Shown here: positions 37,800 through 48,402 of the stretch, one piece after another
Position numbering within the stretch: the first letter of the stretch is position 1
How the letters are laid out: the number at the start of each line of letters is the position of its first letter
DNA from: a virus
Lineage: Duplodnaviria > Caudoviricetes
IMG/VR virus record: IMGVR_UViG_3300042540_000560
Span: 1 to 54,121 of that record
Direction: 5' to 3' (one strand)
DNA length: 54,121 bases
Position numbers and translations under genes: made by a program
Notes under the pieces: model-generated
Told to the model about the DNA's origin: nothing
The model's input: the letters and a program-made list of their open reading frames with translations, nothing else
The model's database searches: none

Positions 37800-38630
37800 T
37801 TAGGTTGCAATGGTTGGGGTTTGAGCTTCCCAAAGGTTAGGAATTACAATCCATTTAGTTCCAGTACCGATGACTCGGAAAGAACCACCAACTTTTTCAG
37901 ATGAGGTGCTAAGAGCTACCGAGTCTGCTGCAATGTCGTTGTAACAAATCATGATGTCTGTGGTGGCACAGGTGAGTGTCATGTTTTGGTCAACAGCATT
38001 GAAGAAGCTGTACTCAAGACCTTGTTTTGGAGAAGCAGGAAGAGTAAAGGTGATTGCTGCAGCACCATTGGTGATGAACATTTGACCAGCCATTGCTTCA
38101 GTAACCGTGGTGTCAGCAGTTACCGTAGAAACAACAGAACCAGGGATGTAAGACGAAACATCATCGTCGAAACGGAAGGCAAAAGCCATTTGACGACGTA
38201 CAACGTATTCCAATGATGCACCAACGATACCGTCAGTGGTCAATGATGGAATGACAAGTCCGTTAGCCTTAACACATCCACTGAGGAGTACGTAGCCAGT
38301 GTAACGATCTTGGTCGGAACCAAGAAGTTGCATTTTTTGAGCAGACATAAGAACGCCTGCAATCTTTTGGGAACCATCTGTTGCAGATGGGTTCCATTGC
38401 ATCATCTTACCTTTATCTGCTCCAGAGGTGACCTTGCCAAGCAAGAGTCCTGGACGAAGAACGTCAGTGTAACTGGTGTTACCGGCATCTCGGGCCGATC
38501 CATCAATTACAACTGGAAGGTAAACTTGTTGATCAAGACGACCCCAAGTGATGTTGGTAGAGTTTACTACCTCATTGAATGGGGTCAGGTAATGTCCTGG
38601 CCCAATCCCGTACATATCAAATGAAAACAT
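37800..38630 (-). CDS. Head decoration protein with C-terminal extension
   Basis: LRPGLLLGKVT...W...ATDGSQ...GVL. Confidence 0.75.
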   Translation of the reverse strand: MFSFDMYGIGPGHYLTPFNEVVNSTNITWGRLDQQVYLPVVIDGSARDAGNTSYTDVLRPGLLLGKVTSGADKGKMMQWNPSATDGSQKIAGVLMSAQKMQLLGSDQDRYTGYVLLSGCVKANGLVIPSLTTDGIVGASLEYVVRRQMAFAFRFDDDVSSYIPGSVVSTVTADTTVTEAMAGQMFITNGAAAITFTLPASPKQGLEYSFFNAVDQNMTLTCATTDIMICYNDIAADSVALSTSSEKVGGSFRVIGTGTKWIVIPNLWEAQTPTIAT

Positions 38631-38661
38631 GAGTTGATTCCTCTCTTACTAGGGTTGGGAA

Positions 38662-39879
38662 TTAGACCAAAGATGCCATGTACTTGGCGGTTTCACTCAA
38701 GACTTTTTGATCGTCTTGAGACTCTGCACTCCAGTTACCACCCATTACGAGAGTTCCTGTTGGTGCTGGATGATCTGCCTTTGGAGGAACTGGCATAGTT
38801 TCCAAAGACATAATTAACGTTTCAAGCATTGGGGTAACAACTTCACCATCTTTGAACTCGATGTTGTAGTTGTCAGCTTGAGGGTAGAGGTTGGATTCAG
38901 CAAAAGCTTTGGTGGTACGGTTAGAACCAACCAGGGAATCGATACGGGATCGATAACCTTTGCGACGATCTGCTTGCATCGAGTTCTGCATTGCAGACAT
39001 TACAAGCAAAACCTCGCTGCTAGCTCCTTCTGGAGAGGGAGAAGAAAAATCTTCTTTAGCATAAGGTTTGTTGGTCTTTGGATTAACAACTTTGCCGTTA
39101 ATCAGGGCATCAACCTGAGATGGGTCTAGGTGGGACATAAGGAGTGGTTCCAGTTCAAAAGAGTCTTTCTTCGATCCGTTTTCCGCATTCAACAATTTAT
39201 ATTGACCTACGGCAATAGAGAGATATTTTACAAGATTGTCAATACTTGTATCAGAAGGTAGTTCAATCTTGCAATAATCTCTCAAGTCGCTAATCAATTG
39301 GGTTAGCATGGCAGGGCTTTCCGAACCCTCTTCGTCATCATTAACCATGTTTGACATGACTAGACAAGCATCTTGCTCATCTTTAAGTTGGAAGTTTTCT
39401 TGACCAAGTTCAATTGGGTGAGTTACCAATGCGATGTGCATGATAGCTTCCTCAAGAACTTCATCACTTCCATCAGTTACAGGGACGTTACGACGAGTGT
39501 AGATGGAGGTATCTTGCACCGTAGTACCTACTTTCCCTGCTGGAGTATTTGGATCATCAGGATCACCAGGAACATCAACAGTTCCTACTAATCCTAATTT
39601 TCCATCCTCCAGGACTTTAGTAACAAGTTTATCCCAAAATCCAGCATTTTCGGTGCTGTCTTTTAGGAGACCATTGTTACCAGTTGTGAAGGCTGTGATA
39701 TTGAAATCATGTTTCCAGGGACCTGGAACCTTAATACCACGATCCTTCATTTTTGAAAATGTGTCAACTAATTGATTTAGCCTATCAGGAGTCACACTTA
39801 CAAATTCGTACTGTTTTGTCTTCTCATTCCATTGACGGTACTTCCCCTCTTTGAGAACTACTTTTTCAAATTTTGCCAT
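38662..39879 (-). CDS. Prohead protease/scaffold (Mu gpI-like)
   Basis: VP..WKH...GFW...TS...HIALVTHP. Confidence 0.7.
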   Translation of the reverse strand: MAKFEKVVLKEGKYRQWNEKTKQYEFVSVTPDRLNQLVDTFSKMKDRGIKVPGPWKHDFNITAFTTGNNGLLKDSTENAGFWDKLVTKVLEDGKLGLVGTVDVPGDPDDPNTPAGKVGTTVQDTSIYTRRNVPVTDGSDEVLEEAIMHIALVTHPIELGQENFQLKDEQDACLVMSNMVNDDEEGSESPAMLTQLISDLRDYCKIELPSDTSIDNLVKYLSIAVGQYKLLNAENGSKKDSFELEPLLMSHLDPSQVDALINGKVVNPKTNKPYAKEDFSSPSPEGASSEVLLVMSAMQNSMQADRRKGYRSRIDSLVGSNRTTKAFAESNLYPQADNYNIEFKDGEVVTPMLETLIMSLETMPVPPKADHPAPTGTLVMGGNWSAESQDDQKVLSETAKYMASLV

Positions 39880-41750
39880 TAGCTGATCCTTCTGGTTACA
39901 TCGTTTTCAATGATAAATTTATCAGAAATGGTGAGCATACGAACTTGTCCACCAGTTGTCAAAGCTTTGATGTCATAGTTGAGATTATTAGTTACTTCGC
40001 AATATCTAGTAACTTCTTGGCTTACTTGAATAGTAATGTTTGAACCACTTACTGTTAGAGAGCCATATGAAGCATTAGTTGCTGGAGAACCATTGGCAAT
40101 TAGAAGTCCAGCAGTTTGTTCAATTTGAATAACGCTCTTAGAGTCAGTGTCGTTCTGTCTCTTTCTAAGAGTAAACCATATTTTGCTAAGATTTGTCAAG
40201 TCTCCAAGATTGATAACTTGGAAAGACCAGAAAGTTCCTCGATAAACTATAACTTCATCTTGGTTGTAAGCTGTATTAACAAGGATTTGTGGAACTGCAA
40301 CTGTAGCTGTTACTGAACCAGTACTTGTTGGAGCTAAACTTAATGCTGAAGCAGTCCATTTTGGAAGTACTCCAGAACCTTGAATCATTGCGATTAAGTC
40401 TCCAAACATTGTAGCTACGTTACTTGTTATTCTGGAAAGTAGAGTAGTAACACCACTACCAGCATCGGAAAGAACTTTACCAAGTGTTCCAGCAGTTGTG
40501 TGTCCAGCTAATGGTTCATCAGCTACACGTACTGCAATCTCTGATGCTGCATCTGCTGCTAATGCATTTGCGTTAATCGCTCCAGCAGAAAAAGCTGCTG
40601 CTGTAATGACTCCAGCTTGAAAGTCATGGACAACAGCGGCTACATGGTTAGAACCAGTGACGCTTACTGTCCTTTGTCCCGAAGCGGAAACTAGCCAACG
40701 ATCACCAAATGAACCATTCGTCCATCCACCTGCTGGAGAAGCATTGAGTAGTGCATCTCGGTTTTGATTAGCAGTTGGAATATCACTAACTGCTGCTGGG
40801 CTAGCTGGCAGATTATCCGTCTTAGCTTTAATCGCTGCTACTTCCGTATCAACGTAAGTGATCAACGTATTGACGCTAGATTGCGATGCTAAGTTTGGAA
40901 TTATGAGTGTGTTTCCAAATGAATCACCCGACACTATGACGTAACCACCAGCAGTGATATATAGGGATGAGAAGTTAGCTGGAAGAGTAAATGTTGGCAT
41001 TGGCATACCAGTTACAGCAACTCCATTCCATTGGTCTGTGTTAGCTGTGACTCTTGTAGTTACGCTGTTCACTGAACCAGAAAGATTCCCAGTGATGTTG
41101 GCAGTCTGGTTTCCAAGACCTGTACCAGCAGTCAACGCATAACCAGTTTTACCGATGTTCCAATTTCCTTTGCTATCTAATGCTGATGCTGCAATAGATG
41201 CCGCTGTAATTGTGTTGTTATTGATAATTCCAACTGTAACTGCATTAGTTACGGATGCAACAGAACCAACTACGTTTCCACCTACGTTACCAGTTACGCT
41301 ATTAACTGAACCTGACAGATTTCCAGTGATATTGCCAGTGATGTTGATGGTAGCCGAAGATGGCAATACTACAGCATCGGTTACGTTCTTGATTGTCGTG
41401 TTGCTGAGGTTTACCGTAGCTGTTGCATTGGTGATCTTGGATTGGTCAGTTCCAGCATACCCAGATACGTTGCTAGCCGAGGTGATTACGGTACGACCAT
41501 CACCGATGCACGAAGACTTGAAGATCACTACGCTAAATGACTCTGCATTGGTTTCAGCTTGGGTAGGGGTGTAGCTCCAAAAGCCACTGGTAGCATCTGC
41601 TGCAAGAGTACCGGATGCTGCTGTCCATGCACCTGTTCCGATTTGAACTCGTGCTGAGACACCAGTGGTTTGCACCGTACCATCTGCGATTAGGACAACC
41701 TGACCGACAACGAATGGTGGCGGGGATGCTGCATTGCGTGGATAGCTCAT
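39879..41750 (-). CDS. Putative virion fibre/appendage protein
   Basis: Start MSYPRN coupled to upstream TGA; GNITGNLSGSVNSV repeats. Confidence 0.65.
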   Translation of the reverse strand: MSYPRNAASPPPFVVGQVVLIADGTVQTTGVSARVQIGTGAWTAASGTLAADATSGFWSYTPTQAETNAESFSVVIFKSSCIGDGRTVITSASNVSGYAGTDQSKITNATATVNLSNTTIKNVTDAVVLPSSATINITGNITGNLSGSVNSVTGNVGGNVVGSVASVTNAVTVGIINNNTITAASIAASALDSKGNWNIGKTGYALTAGTGLGNQTANITGNLSGSVNSVTTRVTANTDQWNGVAVTGMPMPTFTLPANFSSLYITAGGYVIVSGDSFGNTLIIPNLASQSSVNTLITYVDTEVAAIKAKTDNLPASPAAVSDIPTANQNRDALLNASPAGGWTNGSFGDRWLVSASGQRTVSVTGSNHVAAVVHDFQAGVITAAAFSAGAINANALAADAASEIAVRVADEPLAGHTTAGTLGKVLSDAGSGVTTLLSRITSNVATMFGDLIAMIQGSGVLPKWTASALSLAPTSTGSVTATVAVPQILVNTAYNQDEVIVYRGTFWSFQVINLGDLTNLSKIWFTLRKRQNDTDSKSVIQIEQTAGLLIANGSPATNASYGSLTVSGSNITIQVSQEVTRYCEVTNNLNYDIKALTTGGQVRMLTISDKFIIENDVTRRIS

Positions 41751-44700
41751 TGTATTCCCGATCCTAACATTAAGGGTCGTCGTCTGTACCAAGCACCTTT
41801 GAATCCACCAGTGTTAATGGTTTCTGTGCCAAGGACGTATCGTTCTCGTTGTGGTCTAAATCCGTAGCCTCTGCCACCAAGGTACAAGGCTTGGATTTCT
41901 TGGGCTGTTAAGGCTCTGTTGTAGATGCGGACATCATCGATGAGACCATCAAAGTCATAAGTAGTATTTCCACCATAATGCCCACCAAACTTTAGCGTGT
42001 TATTATTTATTATTAAATTAGATGTATTTGTCACTGACCCGTTTGCAATTCCATTAACAAATACTGTGTAAATTCCCGAAGGGCTGCGAGTGCCTGATAG
42101 ATGCAACCAAGTTCCCAAAGATAAATCCCATGAACCTATTGGGGGGGTATCTCCAAATTCCCAATTAATAGTACCGTTGGTATCAGCATAAATAGTTAGC
42201 TTTTTTTTCCACGCTTGAAAAGAGATAGCCTGATAATCTACAGTTCCTATAGATACAAATGTCGCTGACTCAAACCCACCAGCACCTCTCCACGATCTAA
42301 TATATGCAAAACAACTAAATGTAAATGGGTTTGTATATGTTTTGAAATAATTTGAATCAATTGTCGATACGACTCTGTCGTCTATACCTCCAGAAAAATT
42401 CAAAGCATCAGCACCGCCACTTTGTTTCCAGCAAGTAGCCGGGTCCATATTAGTCAACGTACCGTGGTTCTTGTACGGTGACCTATCCTCTAGTCGTAGT
42501 CCAGTAGGTCCGAGGCTAGGTATCCATGCACCTACAAGACCTTGCTTTAGCTTGCTAGTATCAACTGCTGGTTTTGGTTTGGCTGGTACGGGTGCATCGA
42601 CGTAGATGGTTTTCTTGGATGTAGTACGCTTGGCTGGTGCTAATCCAACGCCACGCCCGCCGGTGTAGAGTTGTTGGATTTCGGATGGTGTTAGGGCGCG
42701 GTTGTAGATTCTCACATCATCCAGTAAGAAAGATTTACCATACCAAATTCCGTTGTAATCCCCCAAAGAAGGAGTTGTTTTGGTTGTGTTTAGTACGGAG
42801 GTAGAACCGTTGTTGTTTAATTGTGTCGTTTGTAGTTTTCCATCTATAGTTATAATGCTTGTTTTTATCTGTTGGTTATCACTATAGGCTACTGCAACAT
42901 GAGTCCATTTATTTAGTGGAATAACCCCATTGGAAAACACATTGTCTGTGTTTATTTCTAATACGACATTGCCGTTTACCATTCCAGTTACATAGCCACC
43001 GGCACCGGCAATTAAAAACGCTATGGAATTTCTAGCGGATAATGTCCCCATAGAAAAAATAGGCATGTAGTTTGAAAAACTATCTGCGTATACCCAGGCC
43101 GAATATGTTCTTGAAGATGCCCCTATAGGTAATGCGTTATTTTCTGGAATAAGAACAGTATCATTCACCCCATCGAAATCCAACGCACCTTTACCGCCAC
43201 TGGTAACCCAGTCAGTGTTTGGGTCCATATTGGTAAGCACACCATCATTGTTACGTCCACTAACATCTCGCAACCGTGTTCCGGTTGGACCTAGACTCGG
43301 ACACCATGCACCAACAAGTCCAGTGGTTAGGGTGTTCTTCTTCTTGGGTTTGCGTATGCTGATCTTGTTTAGGTTGGGGCTTGGGTCGGTGTAACCGACT
43401 TTGATACGCTGCTGCTTTAGTCCGTAGCCACGACCACCTTGGTAAAGTTGGTTAATCTCTCGACCTGTTAATGCACGTTCATATACCCTAGCATCGTCCC
43501 ATTGTGTTCCGGTAAACGCCTGCGCTCCCGATGCTCCTCTAAATAGTCCTGCTACCGCAAAACAATTAACTGTAGTAGCACCTCCACCAATAGAATTTAG
43601 ATTCAATACTCTCACGCCGTTTTGCCAAAGACTCATGTATCCTGCCCTATCTCGAACAGCTACAAGGTGTCTCCAGTTTGATGTTGACCATGTCCCACCT
43701 GCTACAGAAGCGTCACCACCAGTATCACTACGATTGAAAATTAAAAGATTATTTGTACCGCTTCTTCCAACTTGCAACCATGCACTCGTGTTAGATTGGC
43801 TTGATAGTGCGGCTAAAGTTGCACCTGCCCCTGATACTGTGCCAGTATGCCAAAAAGAATAACTCACTGGTTGTGCAGTAAGCTCAAGACTCTTTGATAA
43901 CCGCATCACACAGATGTCATCTGTTCCGTCACAATCCAACGCCAACTTCCCACCACTCGGAATGTAGTCCGAGTTAGCATCCATATTCGTCAGGACACCG
44001 TGGTTATTACGACCAGATACGTCTAGTAGCCTAGTGCCATTAGCACCAAGGCTAGGACACCAAGCACCGACTAAGCCATTAAGTAGTGTGTTGTTTTTGC
44101 GTGGTTTGCGTCTGACTGGGTTGGATGATGGCCGAGGGATCGTAACGCCTTGGAAGGATCGTCGTCGTGGCGGTTCGCGGAGCATACCGGCACCACGCCC
44201 GCCGGTGTAGAGTTGTTGAATCTGAGTTGGCGATAACGGCGATGAAAATCCTGATGTCGATGATTTTCCATATAGCCTAACATCATCTACTCTACCAGTA
44301 CCGTAAGGTTGTGTTGCATTTACGTTGTAACCAATTAAAAAATTGCCAAGATTAGTACCGAGCGATGTTGGTATTGCCCCAGTATAACCAATAAGAGTAC
44401 GTTTTTCTCCGTTGACATACCCTGTCAAGCGATCAGTATTCCCAGATTCCGCACCATTGTATTGAAGAACAAGATGCGTCCATTCTTGAAGATTCATTCC
44501 AGATAATGAAGCATATCCTGACGATAAATTGTCTTCAGCTACAAAATACAATGTTGACGATAATAGATATAATCCAAACCTATTTGTTCCGCCATTTGGA
44601 CCCAACCAGCACCCTATAAATTGGGACGTTGAGGTTGATGTTCTTTGGAGCCAACATGAAATGGTTCTATATTTAGCACCATTACACTCTAAGTTGGAAT

Positions 44701-44920
44701 TAGTATTAAAGTAGTCATTTACACCGTCAAGATCAATCGCTGTTTGACCACCATTTTGAACCCATGTTGTATTAACATCTGTTCCAGAACCGATAGCGTG
44801 ATTCCCGTTGCCACTGATGTCCGCTAATTGCAAACCAGTAGCACCAGTGAATGATGGACACCATGCTCCTACGAGCCCTTCACCCATCCATTCGCTATCA
44901 CGTTCCCAATAGGCAATCAT
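41747..44920 (-). CDS. Virion protein with four tandem LamG/ConA-like domains
   Basis: Four GLVGAW(C/I)PS...D.SG.NN.G...DD(V/A)R.Y...QLY.GGRG units. Confidence 0.85.
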   Translation of the reverse strand: MIAYWERDSEWMGEGLVGAWCPSFTGATGLQLADISGNGNHAIGSGTDVNTTWVQNGGQTAIDLDGVNDYFNTNSNLECNGAKYRTISCWLQRTSTSTSQFIGCWLGPNGGTNRFGLYLLSSTLYFVAEDNLSSGYASLSGMNLQEWTHLVLQYNGAESGNTDRLTGYVNGEKRTLIGYTGAIPTSLGTNLGNFLIGYNVNATQPYGTGRVDDVRLYGKSSTSGFSSPLSPTQIQQLYTGGRGAGMLREPPRRRSFQGVTIPRPSSNPVRRKPRKNNTLLNGLVGAWCPSLGANGTRLLDVSGRNNHGVLTNMDANSDYIPSGGKLALDCDGTDDICVMRLSKSLELTAQPVSYSFWHTGTVSGAGATLAALSSQSNTSAWLQVGRSGTNNLLIFNRSDTGGDASVAGGTWSTSNWRHLVAVRDRAGYMSLWQNGVRVLNLNSIGGGATTVNCFAVAGLFRGASGAQAFTGTQWDDARVYERALTGREINQLYQGGRGYGLKQQRIKVGYTDPSPNLNKISIRKPKKKNTLTTGLVGAWCPSLGPTGTRLRDVSGRNNDGVLTNMDPNTDWVTSGGKGALDFDGVNDTVLIPENNALPIGASSRTYSAWVYADSFSNYMPIFSMGTLSARNSIAFLIAGAGGYVTGMVNGNVVLEINTDNVFSNGVIPLNKWTHVAVAYSDNQQIKTSIITIDGKLQTTQLNNNGSTSVLNTTKTTPSLGDYNGIWYGKSFLLDDVRIYNRALTPSEIQQLYTGGRGVGLAPAKRTTSKKTIYVDAPVPAKPKPAVDTSKLKQGLVGAWIPSLGPTGLRLEDRSPYKNHGTLTNMDPATCWKQSGGADALNFSGGIDDRVVSTIDSNYFKTYTNPFTFSCFAYIRSWRGAGGFESATFVSIGTVDYQAISFQAWKKKLTIYADTNGTINWEFGDTPPIGSWDLSLGTWLHLSGTRSPSGIYTVFVNGIANGSVTNTSNLIINNNTLKFGGHYGGNTTYDFDGLIDDVRIYNRALTAQEIQALYLGGRGYGFRPQRERYVLGTETINTGGFKGAWYRRRPLMLGSGIQ

Positions 44921-45522
44921 TATCCTATTGTTTCCCCTTCATCTACGATTGCTTCTACTGCGAACACTAAGTCCAAACCACTGTTGTTGATGGTTCGGAT
45001 TTCGTAGATGTCACCACCTGGGATGTAGAGTCGTCGTGCATCACTCAGGTTGGCTACGGTATCACCACTGTTGCTTGCAATCCGTAAGTTACGCTCCAGG
45101 GTGAACGTAGTACCACTGATGGATGCAATCCTACAGAACTGTAGTCTTGCTCCTCCAGAGACGCTTAGGCAAAGAGTGTCTCCAACTGCAAACCCAGTAG
45201 CCGAAGTTACCGAGATGGTACTTGCACCCGCAGAGGCACCAGCACTAAGAGTAGTTGCTGCTGCTGCTGTGGTAGGGCCTTGACCAACTACGTCGTACAC
45301 CTGACCTGGGAATACGAGGTTGTTGCCATCTGAGTTACGGATAGCAACGTAACCAGCCCTGGTTGGTGTAGTCGATGCTGTACGGCCAATCCAAACAAGT
45401 AGGGTAGCTCCAATCTTAGAACGTAAGTCCAAGGTGCGTAGCGTACCCAATGAACCATTGGCGAGGATACCAACTGGTTCGATGCTGGAAAAGCTGGGTT
45501 GAGTCTTGTAGACGTATGGCAT
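44920..45522 (-). CDS. Putative structural protein
   Basis: TTLSAGASAGASTISVTSATGFAVGD motif typical of phage appendage proteins. Confidence 0.65.
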   Translation of the reverse strand: MPYVYKTQPSFSSIEPVGILANGSLGTLRTLDLRSKIGATLLVWIGRTASTTPTRAGYVAIRNSDGNNLVFPGQVYDVVGQGPTTAAAATTLSAGASAGASTISVTSATGFAVGDTLCLSVSGGARLQFCRIASISGTTFTLERNLRIASNSGDTVANLSDARRLYIPGGDIYEIRTINNSGLDLVFAVEAIVDEGETIG

Positions 45523-45530
45523 GGTGCTTC

Positions 45531-46022
45531 CTAGAACAAGTCGTAGACTGGTTGCAACCGAATGAAGTGGTTAGCCGCAGTAGCATTCAATGCTGCGACA
45601 CTCGAATGTACTACGAAGAATACGACCTTTTGAGGAACGTCACCTGCGAAAATGTCGCTCAGAAGACGTACTCCAAAGTCGTAGGCAGCGTTACTTGTCG
45701 TATCATTTGCTGCTTGGAATGCAAGGCGACAAGCGGTGAGCTTGTTAGATGCAGAAGAAATGGTTCTTGCTGCATCGGCTGTAGAGAAAGCATCGGGATA
45801 CCCGGTTCCGTTGTAGCCGATTGCCCAGATTTCAAGCGATCCTGCTGTTGGAGATGTCCCAGTGGTGAGCTTTGCTGACACCCAGGCATCTCGGTATCCG
45901 TTGGTGGTGTTATCCCATTCAGCACTTTGACGACCAACGAGGAGCGTGCTGCTGGTTGCAAGAGAAGCAATGGTGCAAGTGAGGTCTACACTTGCTACAT
46001 AGGTTGTTTTGGCCTGACCCAT
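45531..46022 (-). CDS. Putative structural protein
   Basis: 163 aa ORF in operon. Confidence 0.65.
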   Translation of the reverse strand: MGQAKTTYVASVDLTCTIASLATSSTLLVGRQSAEWDNTTNGYRDAWVSAKLTTGTSPTAGSLEIWAIGYNGTGYPDAFSTADAARTISSASNKLTACRLAFQAANDTTSNAAYDFGVRLLSDIFAGDVPQKVVFFVVHSSVAALNATAANHFIRLQPVYDLF

Positions 46023-46032
46023 TTAAGATTCC

Positions 46033-46590
46033 TTATTCAACTGGTGGTTCTGGTTCTGGTTCAATTGGATCAACCGGAATTTCGGGTTCCGGTTCTACTG
46101 GTTCTTCCGGCTCTGGCTCTGGCTCTGGCTCTGGAGGTGGAGGAGGGATAATGAACAACCTCTCTACATCCGATGATTGGATGTTGTCCTCTTGTTCACT
46201 TGCCCTGAGCAATGGACTTGCTTGTGTTTCGGTCAGTCCGAGTCCACCAGACTCCACGGGAGTCGTTAGTGCTGACCTGATGATCGGTAAACCGAAATCA
46301 GGTAGCGAAGACTCTGGTACACCAGGACCCATGAATGCGTAAACTTCGGCTACGATTGGATTGTGCTGTGCGATTGCTTTGATTGTTTCAAGCACAATGA
46401 CTGCTGTTGTCGGATCGTTTGCATAGCAAGCGATGACACCCATTCGACTTAAACGGGTTTGCTTGTAGACCTTAGGTGCTAGCTCCCTGCAACGTACTGC
46501 ACAATCAGCAAACAACCGAGCATTGAATAGCTCAGTTGCTACTGGGTCGTTATCGATTAGTTGCTGGAGTGCTTCGGGTGTGATGTTCAT
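46033..46590 (-). CDS. Hypothetical protein with PE-rich tail
   Basis: PPPPPEPEPEPE repeats. Confidence 0.7.
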   Translation of the reverse strand: MNITPEALQQLIDNDPVATELFNARLFADCAVRCRELAPKVYKQTRLSRMGVIACYANDPTTAVIVLETIKAIAQHNPIVAEVYAFMGPGVPESSLPDFGLPIIRSALTTPVESGGLGLTETQASPLLRASEQEDNIQSSDVERLFIIPPPPPEPEPEPEPEEPVEPEPEIPVDPIEPEPEPPVE

Positions 46591-46592
46591 GA

Positions 46593-46946
46593 TTAGGTTG
46601 AGGCAAAGGTAAGAACTAATGTTCTAGCAGCAGCAACATTGGAAGGTGAACCAGATACGTTATTGATGATTTTTAAGTATTTAGCACCAATGAACAAGTC
46701 TGGTTTACCAATTGGAATATACCTACTTGCTCCAGAAGTAACCGAGTAGATGGAAGAACCATCATATAGGTCTTTACCTGGACCATCAGGATTTGAGCTA
46801 GCTTGGAAAGTAAGAGTGGTTCCTTCAAAACTAGCTGGAGTGTCAATAACTCGTAAGGATACTTGACCATTATTTGGACAAGTTAAAGCTACAGAGTTAG
46901 CTCCACTTGGAATGACTACTGAAGTAATTGTAACGTTTTGGGACAT
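46593..46946 (-). CDS. Putative structural protein
   Basis: TLTFQAS...LYD...YLKI. Confidence 0.65.
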   Translation of the reverse strand: MSQNVTITSVVIPSGANSVALTCPNNGQVSLRVIDTPASFEGTTLTFQASSNPDGPGKDLYDGSSIYSVTSGASRYIPIGKPDLFIGAKYLKIINNVSGSPSNVAAARTLVLTFAST

Positions 46947-47044
46947 ATTAGCTAAATACCTTAATAACGTAGTACATGACTGTAAACCAAAAAAGTAGGG
47001 ATAGGATGATCCATACTCCTAGTACTGAGTCATTATGATGGTCA

Positions 47045-47368
47045 TCAGGTTGATGGGTTGGGGTGTCTTTTGCAGTCATTGCCGATACATGCATGTTTCT
47101 GTAAGTCTACAATGGTTTGCTCTAAATAGCAAACTTTGCTATCTAGGGAAGCACACTTAGCATGAAGTTCTAAACGATCTTCATGGCAATTGTCTGCTTT
47201 CTCTCTATTTGACTCTACTTGTTTACGTAAGTCTTGAATCTGTGAAGCATTGTCAGATTCTACTTTACGGTATAGGTACCCAATTGTGGTTGCAAGCGTA
47301 GCTAACACAGCAGAGATTCCTCCAAGTATCCAGGTTAGTAATGAATTTGCAGGCTCATCAACAGCCAT
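47045..47368 (-). CDS. Membrane-anchored coiled-coil protein (holin or spanin candidate)
   Basis: Single N-terminal TM helix then coiled coil. Confidence 0.55.
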   Translation of the reverse strand: MAVDEPANSLLTWILGGISAVLATLATTIGYLYRKVESDNASQIQDLRKQVESNREKADNCHEDRLELHAKCASLDSKVCYLEQTIVDLQKHACIGNDCKRHPNPST

Positions 47369-47379
47369 TTGTAATCTTT

Positions 47380-48402
47380 CTAAATTGATGGAACAGAGTC
47401 AGGTAAATCAATTTCACCAATAGCTTGAACAGTGAGAAGGCTACGTTTGTACCATCTGTCTACTTCTTCAACTGGTACGTTGTAGATAACATCCTTACCC
47501 CAAGACTCATTGGAGAGACGAATAAATAACTTTCCATCTGAAGCTTCAAAGTGACCTTGGAACGACATATTGTGTGCCCAAGAGTCACGTGGATTTTGTA
47601 CATAAATGTTGAAACCGTCTTTGTGGGTTCCAATCTTATGGATTGCTATTCCTGAGCAAACAGATGCGGGTTTGAATTGGCGACTCAATTCGAGATGAGT
47701 GTCCATGTTGGTGACTTTTGGAGACTCTAGGAGTCTGAAGTCAGCAAATGGAAGAAGGGTATCTAAGAACTCCCAGTTTTGGAATCGACGATAGACTGAG
47801 TTGTCTTGTGGTTCTGGGAAGTCTTCTGGTTCTACTGAATTGAGTTTGGTAAGGATTTCTAAGAGCTTACCATTGGAGCAAAGAATAACTCCATCTTTAA
47901 TGAGAGATTCGTATTGGATTTCACACCAAGAACCATCTCCACCTTTCATGTTGCCTCTACGACGACCACACCCATAAGAGAATGGAGCGTAGAAAGAGAT
48001 GTTGTTGGTAGAGAACTCTTGTTTTCCAAGAAACTCTTCTGGATCACCTTTGATGGATAATTCATACATGGACCTACGTACCCAGGGACGTAGTGTGTTA
48101 CTGATGACACATGATCCAGTTTTCTGGGGAAGGAAAGCTAGACGCTTACCGAAAAGGAACTCATCTAGCAGAGTCATGTCTGCTGAGTCTTTACCGTACT
48201 TCTTGGAATCCATCAAAGCTCGATACTTTGAGTACAGTACTTGAGACATTGGTTTGTTGTCTCGTACCTTATAAGCTACCGGCATATCTGCTGATAGCTT
48301 ATCGTAGATTTGAGATTCGTAGTCGTGGCGAGAGTGGATTGGGAGAGTATCGTCATCACCCCAACCCATTGGACCTCTTACTAGCGAAATGTCTTCAGCC
48401 AT
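47380..48402 (-). CDS. Papain-like cysteine peptidase (lysis candidate)
   Basis: Q.TGSCV, WAHNM, NESWG catalytic pattern. Confidence 0.7.
   Translation of the reverse strand: MAEDISLVRGPMGWGDDDTLPIHSRHDYESQIYDKLSADMPVAYKVRDNKPMSQVLYSKYRALMDSKKYGKDSADMTLLDEFLFGKRLAFLPQKTGSCVISNTLRPWVRRSMYELSIKGDPEEFLGKQEFSTNNISFYAPFSYGCGRRRGNMKGGDGSWCEIQYESLIKDGVILCSNGKLLEILTKLNSVEPEDFPEPQDNSVYRRFQNWEFLDTLLPFADFRLLESPKVTNMDTHLELSRQFKPASVCSGIAIHKIGTHKDGFNIYVQNPRDSWAHNMSFQGHFEASDGKLFIRLSNESWGKDVIYNVPVEEVDRWYKRSLLTVQAIGEIDLPDSVPSI

Noticed and set aside
41747-44920. Diversity-generating retroelement target
   Set aside because: No reverse transcriptase and no adenine-specific TR/VR pair seen
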